From Candidatus Sericytochromatia bacterium (GTDB taxonomy: Bacteria; Cyanobacteriota; Sericytochromatia; S15B-MN24; JAQBPE01): a DNA stretch of 27,660 bases. Made by a program: the position numbers and the translations under genes. Numbering within the stretch: the stretch's first letter is position 1; every line of letters begins with the position of its first letter. The notes beneath the pieces are model-generated. The model was given only the letters and a program-made list of their open reading frames with translations, ran no database searches and was not told where the DNA came from. The DNA lies in the NCBI GenBank assembly GCA_040400605.1, contig JBBAPZ010000002.1, forward strand, positions 225,179 to 252,838, in the 5' to 3' direction. Positions 25,347 to 27,660 of the stretch are shown here, one piece after another.

Positions 25347-27434
25347 ATGGCTAGGCAGTTTTCGCTTGAGCGGACCCGTAATATCGGCATTGCGGCGCAT
25401 ATTGATGCGGGCAAGACGACGACGACGGAGCGCATCTTGTATTACACCGGGCGCGTGCACAAGATCGGAGAGGTTCACGAGGGCGCGGCGACCATGGATT
25501 ACATGGTCCAGGAACAGGAACGGGGGATCACCATCACGTCCGCGGCGACGACCTGCCAGTGGAAGGACCATCGTATCAACATTATCGATACGCCCGGCCA
25601 CGTGGACTTCACGATCGAGGTGGAGCGCTCGCTGCGTGTTTTGGATGGTGTCGTAACAGTTTTTTGTAGTGTCGGGGGTGTGCAGCCGCAGACTGAGACC
25701 GTGTGGCGTCAGGCCAACCGTTATCGCGTTCCGCGGATTGTTTTTGTCAACAAGATGGATCGGACGGGTGCAGACTTTTTCAGGGTAGTTGATCAGATGA
25801 AGCAGCGCTTGAAGGCCAATCCGATACCGGTTCAGATTCCGATTGGTGCGGAAGATGGCTTCCGGGGCGTGGTCGACCTGATCACCATGAAGGCAATCGT
25901 TTACAATAACGACTTGGGAACCGACACGGTTGTGACGGATGTTCCCGCTGAATTCCTGGATGAGGCGCAGTTGTATCGCACGGCGATGATCGAAGCGGCT
26001 GCCGAGCAGGACGATGAATTGATTGGGAAGTACCTTGAGGGTGAGGAGCTGACGATTGAGGAGATCAAGCGTGGCCTTCGCAAAGGGACACTGAATATCA
26101 GCCTGGTTCCTGTGACTTGTGGCAGTGCGTTCAAGAACAAGGGTGTGCAGCCCATGCTGGACGCGGTGATTGACTTCTTGCCAGCGCCGGTCGACATTGA
26201 AGATGTTCAGGGAGTCAATCCTGACACACAAGCGGAAGATACACGGGCGACCAGTGATGACGCGCCGTTTTCGGCTTTGGCGTTCAAGATCATCACCGAT
26301 CCTTTTGTGGGCAAACTGACGTTCTTCCGGGTGTATTCGGGCCGGTTGTCCTCGGGCAGCTATGTGCTTAACTCCACCAAGGGGCATCGGGAGCGCATCA
26401 GCCGTATTTTGCAGATGCATGCCAATACTCGTCAGGAGCTGGATGAGATTTTCTGTGGCGATCTGGCGGCGGGTGTTGGGCTGAAGTCCACCACAACGGG
26501 TGATACCTTGTGTGATGAAAAACACCCCATCATTCTGGAGGCGATGGACTTTCCTGAGCCGGTCATTCACGTTGCGATTGAGCCCAAGACCAAGGCGGAT
26601 CAGGACAAACTGTCGATTGCGCTGGGCAAGCTTGCTGAGGAAGACCCCACGTTCAGGGTTCACAACGATCCTGAGACGGCTCAGACGATCATTTCCGGTA
26701 TGGGCGAATTGCATCTGGAAATCATTGTCGATCGCCTGTTGCGTGAATTCAAGGTTGAGGCGAATGTCGGCAAGCCGCAGGTTGCTTATCGTGAAACCAT
26801 CCGGCGTGCTGTGAAGCAGGAAGGGCGTTTTGTTCGGCAGTCGGGTGGCCGCGGTCAGTATGGTCACGTGTGGCTTGAAATCGAGCCGAATGAAGCCGGC
26901 AAGGGTTATGAGTTCGTCAATAAGGTGGTTGGTGGTGTTGTACCCCGGGAATACATTCCCGCCGTCGATAATGGGGTCAAAGAGGCTTTGAATGGCGGCT
27001 GTTTGGCGGGTTATCCGCTGATCGACATCAAGGTAACCATTTTTGATGGTTCGTATCACGACGTTGACTCCAATGAAATGGCGTTCAAGATCGCTGGTTC
27101 CATGGCGTTGAAGGAAGGTTGTCATAAGGCGTCGCCGGTTATTCTTGAGCCTATTATGAAGGTCGAGGTTGTCGTTCCCGAGGAAAATACGGGTGATGTG
27201 ATCGGTGACCTTCAGGGTCGGCGTCGGGGCATGGTCGAGGGCATGGAGGTTGCGATGGGGTTGCAGACTATCCGCCTGCAGGTGCCTTTGGCTGAGATGT
27301 TCGGTTATTCGACGGATTTGCGCTCGGCGACGCAGGGGCGGGGCACCTACTCGATGGAGCCGAGCCACTACGCGGAAGTCCCCAAGAATATTGCCGAGGG
27401 AATCATCGCCAAGTCGAAGGGCGCTAAAGTCTAG
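25347..27434 (+). CDS. fusA: Elongation factor G (695 aa)
   Basis: [53 protein letters not shown]. Confidence 0.99.
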   Translation: MARQFSLERTRNIGIAAHIDAGKTTTTERILYYTGRVHKIGEVHEGAATMDYMVQEQERGITITSAATTCQWKDHRINIIDTPGHVDFTIEVERSLRVLDGVVTVFCSVGGVQPQTETVWRQANRYRVPRIVFVNKMDRTGADFFRVVDQMKQRLKANPIPVQIPIGAEDGFRGVVDLITMKAIVYNNDLGTDTVVTDVPAEFLDEAQLYRTAMIEAAAEQDDELIGKYLEGEELTIEEIKRGLRKGTLNISLVPVTCGSAFKNKGVQPMLDAVIDFLPAPVDIEDVQGVNPDTQAEDTRATSDDAPFSALAFKIITDPFVGKLTFFRVYSGRLSSGSYVLNSTKGHRERISRILQMHANTRQELDEIFCGDLAAGVGLKSTTTGDTLCDEKHPIILEAMDFPEPVIHVAIEPKTKADQDKLSIALGKLAEEDPTFRVHNDPETAQTIISGMGELHLEIIVDRLLREFKVEANVGKPQVAYRETIRRAVKQEGRFVRQSGGRGQYGHVWLEIEPNEAGKGYEFVNKVVGGVVPREYIPAVDNGVKEALNGGCLAGYPLIDIKVTIFDGSYHDVDSNEMAFKIAGSMALKEGCHKASPVILEPIMKVEVVVPEENTGDVIGDLQGRRRGMVEGMEVAMGLQTIRLQVPLAEMFGYSTDLRSATQGRGTYSMEPSHYAEVPKNIAEGIIAKSKGAKV

Positions 27435-27443
27435 CCCGGTATG

Positions 27444-27488
27444 CGACGCTGCCGAGCGTTTGCACGCAAGTTTTTGCGGGCGGCGTCG
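27444..27488 (+). other. GC-rich intercistronic hairpin between fusA and tuf
   Basis: CGACGCTGCC (27444-27453) pairs with GGCGGCGTCG (27479-27488), one G-U; no U-tract follows. Confidence 0.5.
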
Positions 27489-27524
27489 ATAAAGATTAAG
27501 TTAAGAAACGAGAAAGGATAAACA

Positions 27525-27660
27525 ATGGCACGCGCCAAATTTGAGCGAAACAAAACTCACGTGAACATCGGCACCATTGGTCACGTTGATCACGGCAAGA
27601 CCACTTTGACTGCGGCGATCACAATGACCTTGGCGGCATTGGGTCAGGCTGAAGCGAAGA
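27525..27660 (+). CDS. tuf: Elongation factor Tu, 5' part (runs off the window)
   Basis: [53 protein letters not shown]; absent from the ORF track because it is truncated. Confidence 0.98.
   Translation, partial: MARAKFERNKTHVNIGTIGHVDHGKTTLTAAITMTLAALGQAEAK

Noticed and set aside
25236..27368. 710-aa minus-strand ORF opposite fusA (also 15192..16550 and 21981..23306)
   Set aside because: Antisense shadows of highly expressed genes; no protein-like signatures.
1..27660. CRISPR arrays, IS elements, prophage, tRNA/rRNA genes, or a replication origin from apparent G/C skew shifts
   Set aside because: No regularly spaced repeats, transposase or integrase motifs, tRNA boxes or DnaA-box clusters seen. 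Skew shifts roughly follow gene orientation and could not be quantified by eye.

Overview
A mostly core-genome segment, moderately GC-rich, from a bacterium that looks like a non-photosynthetic relative of Cyanobacteria (Sericytochromatia/Vampirovibrionia-like; inferred from protein signatures, no phylogeny run). Left to right: an unknown helical protein with an internal duplication; an NHL-repeat lipoprotein with a long Ser/Pro/Thr stalk; rplI-dnaB; a 61-aa membrane microprotein hidden inside a longer ORF call; a lipoprotein coupled to a cysteine desulfurase that is divergent from ygfZ and a KamA-family radical SAM enzyme; ybaB-recR; a DUF1997-like gene; ffh-rpsP-khpA divergent from rpoB-rpoC; a purple-acid-phosphatase-like gene; and rpsL-rpsG-fusA-tuf (tuf cut by the window end). 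The best-supported unusual feature is a single 1868-aa RpoC that is not split into RpoC1/RpoC2 but carries a full cyanobacterial-size (~650 aa, nine repeat motifs) Si3 trigger-loop insertion. It follows rpoB in the same frame across one TAA. Two intergenic regions (about 9420-9553 and 11464-11645) fold by eye like ncRNAs, the second possibly 6S RNA. No mobile elements, CRISPR arrays, tRNA or rRNA genes were seen. All family calls come from motif recognition and all RNA folds were done by hand.
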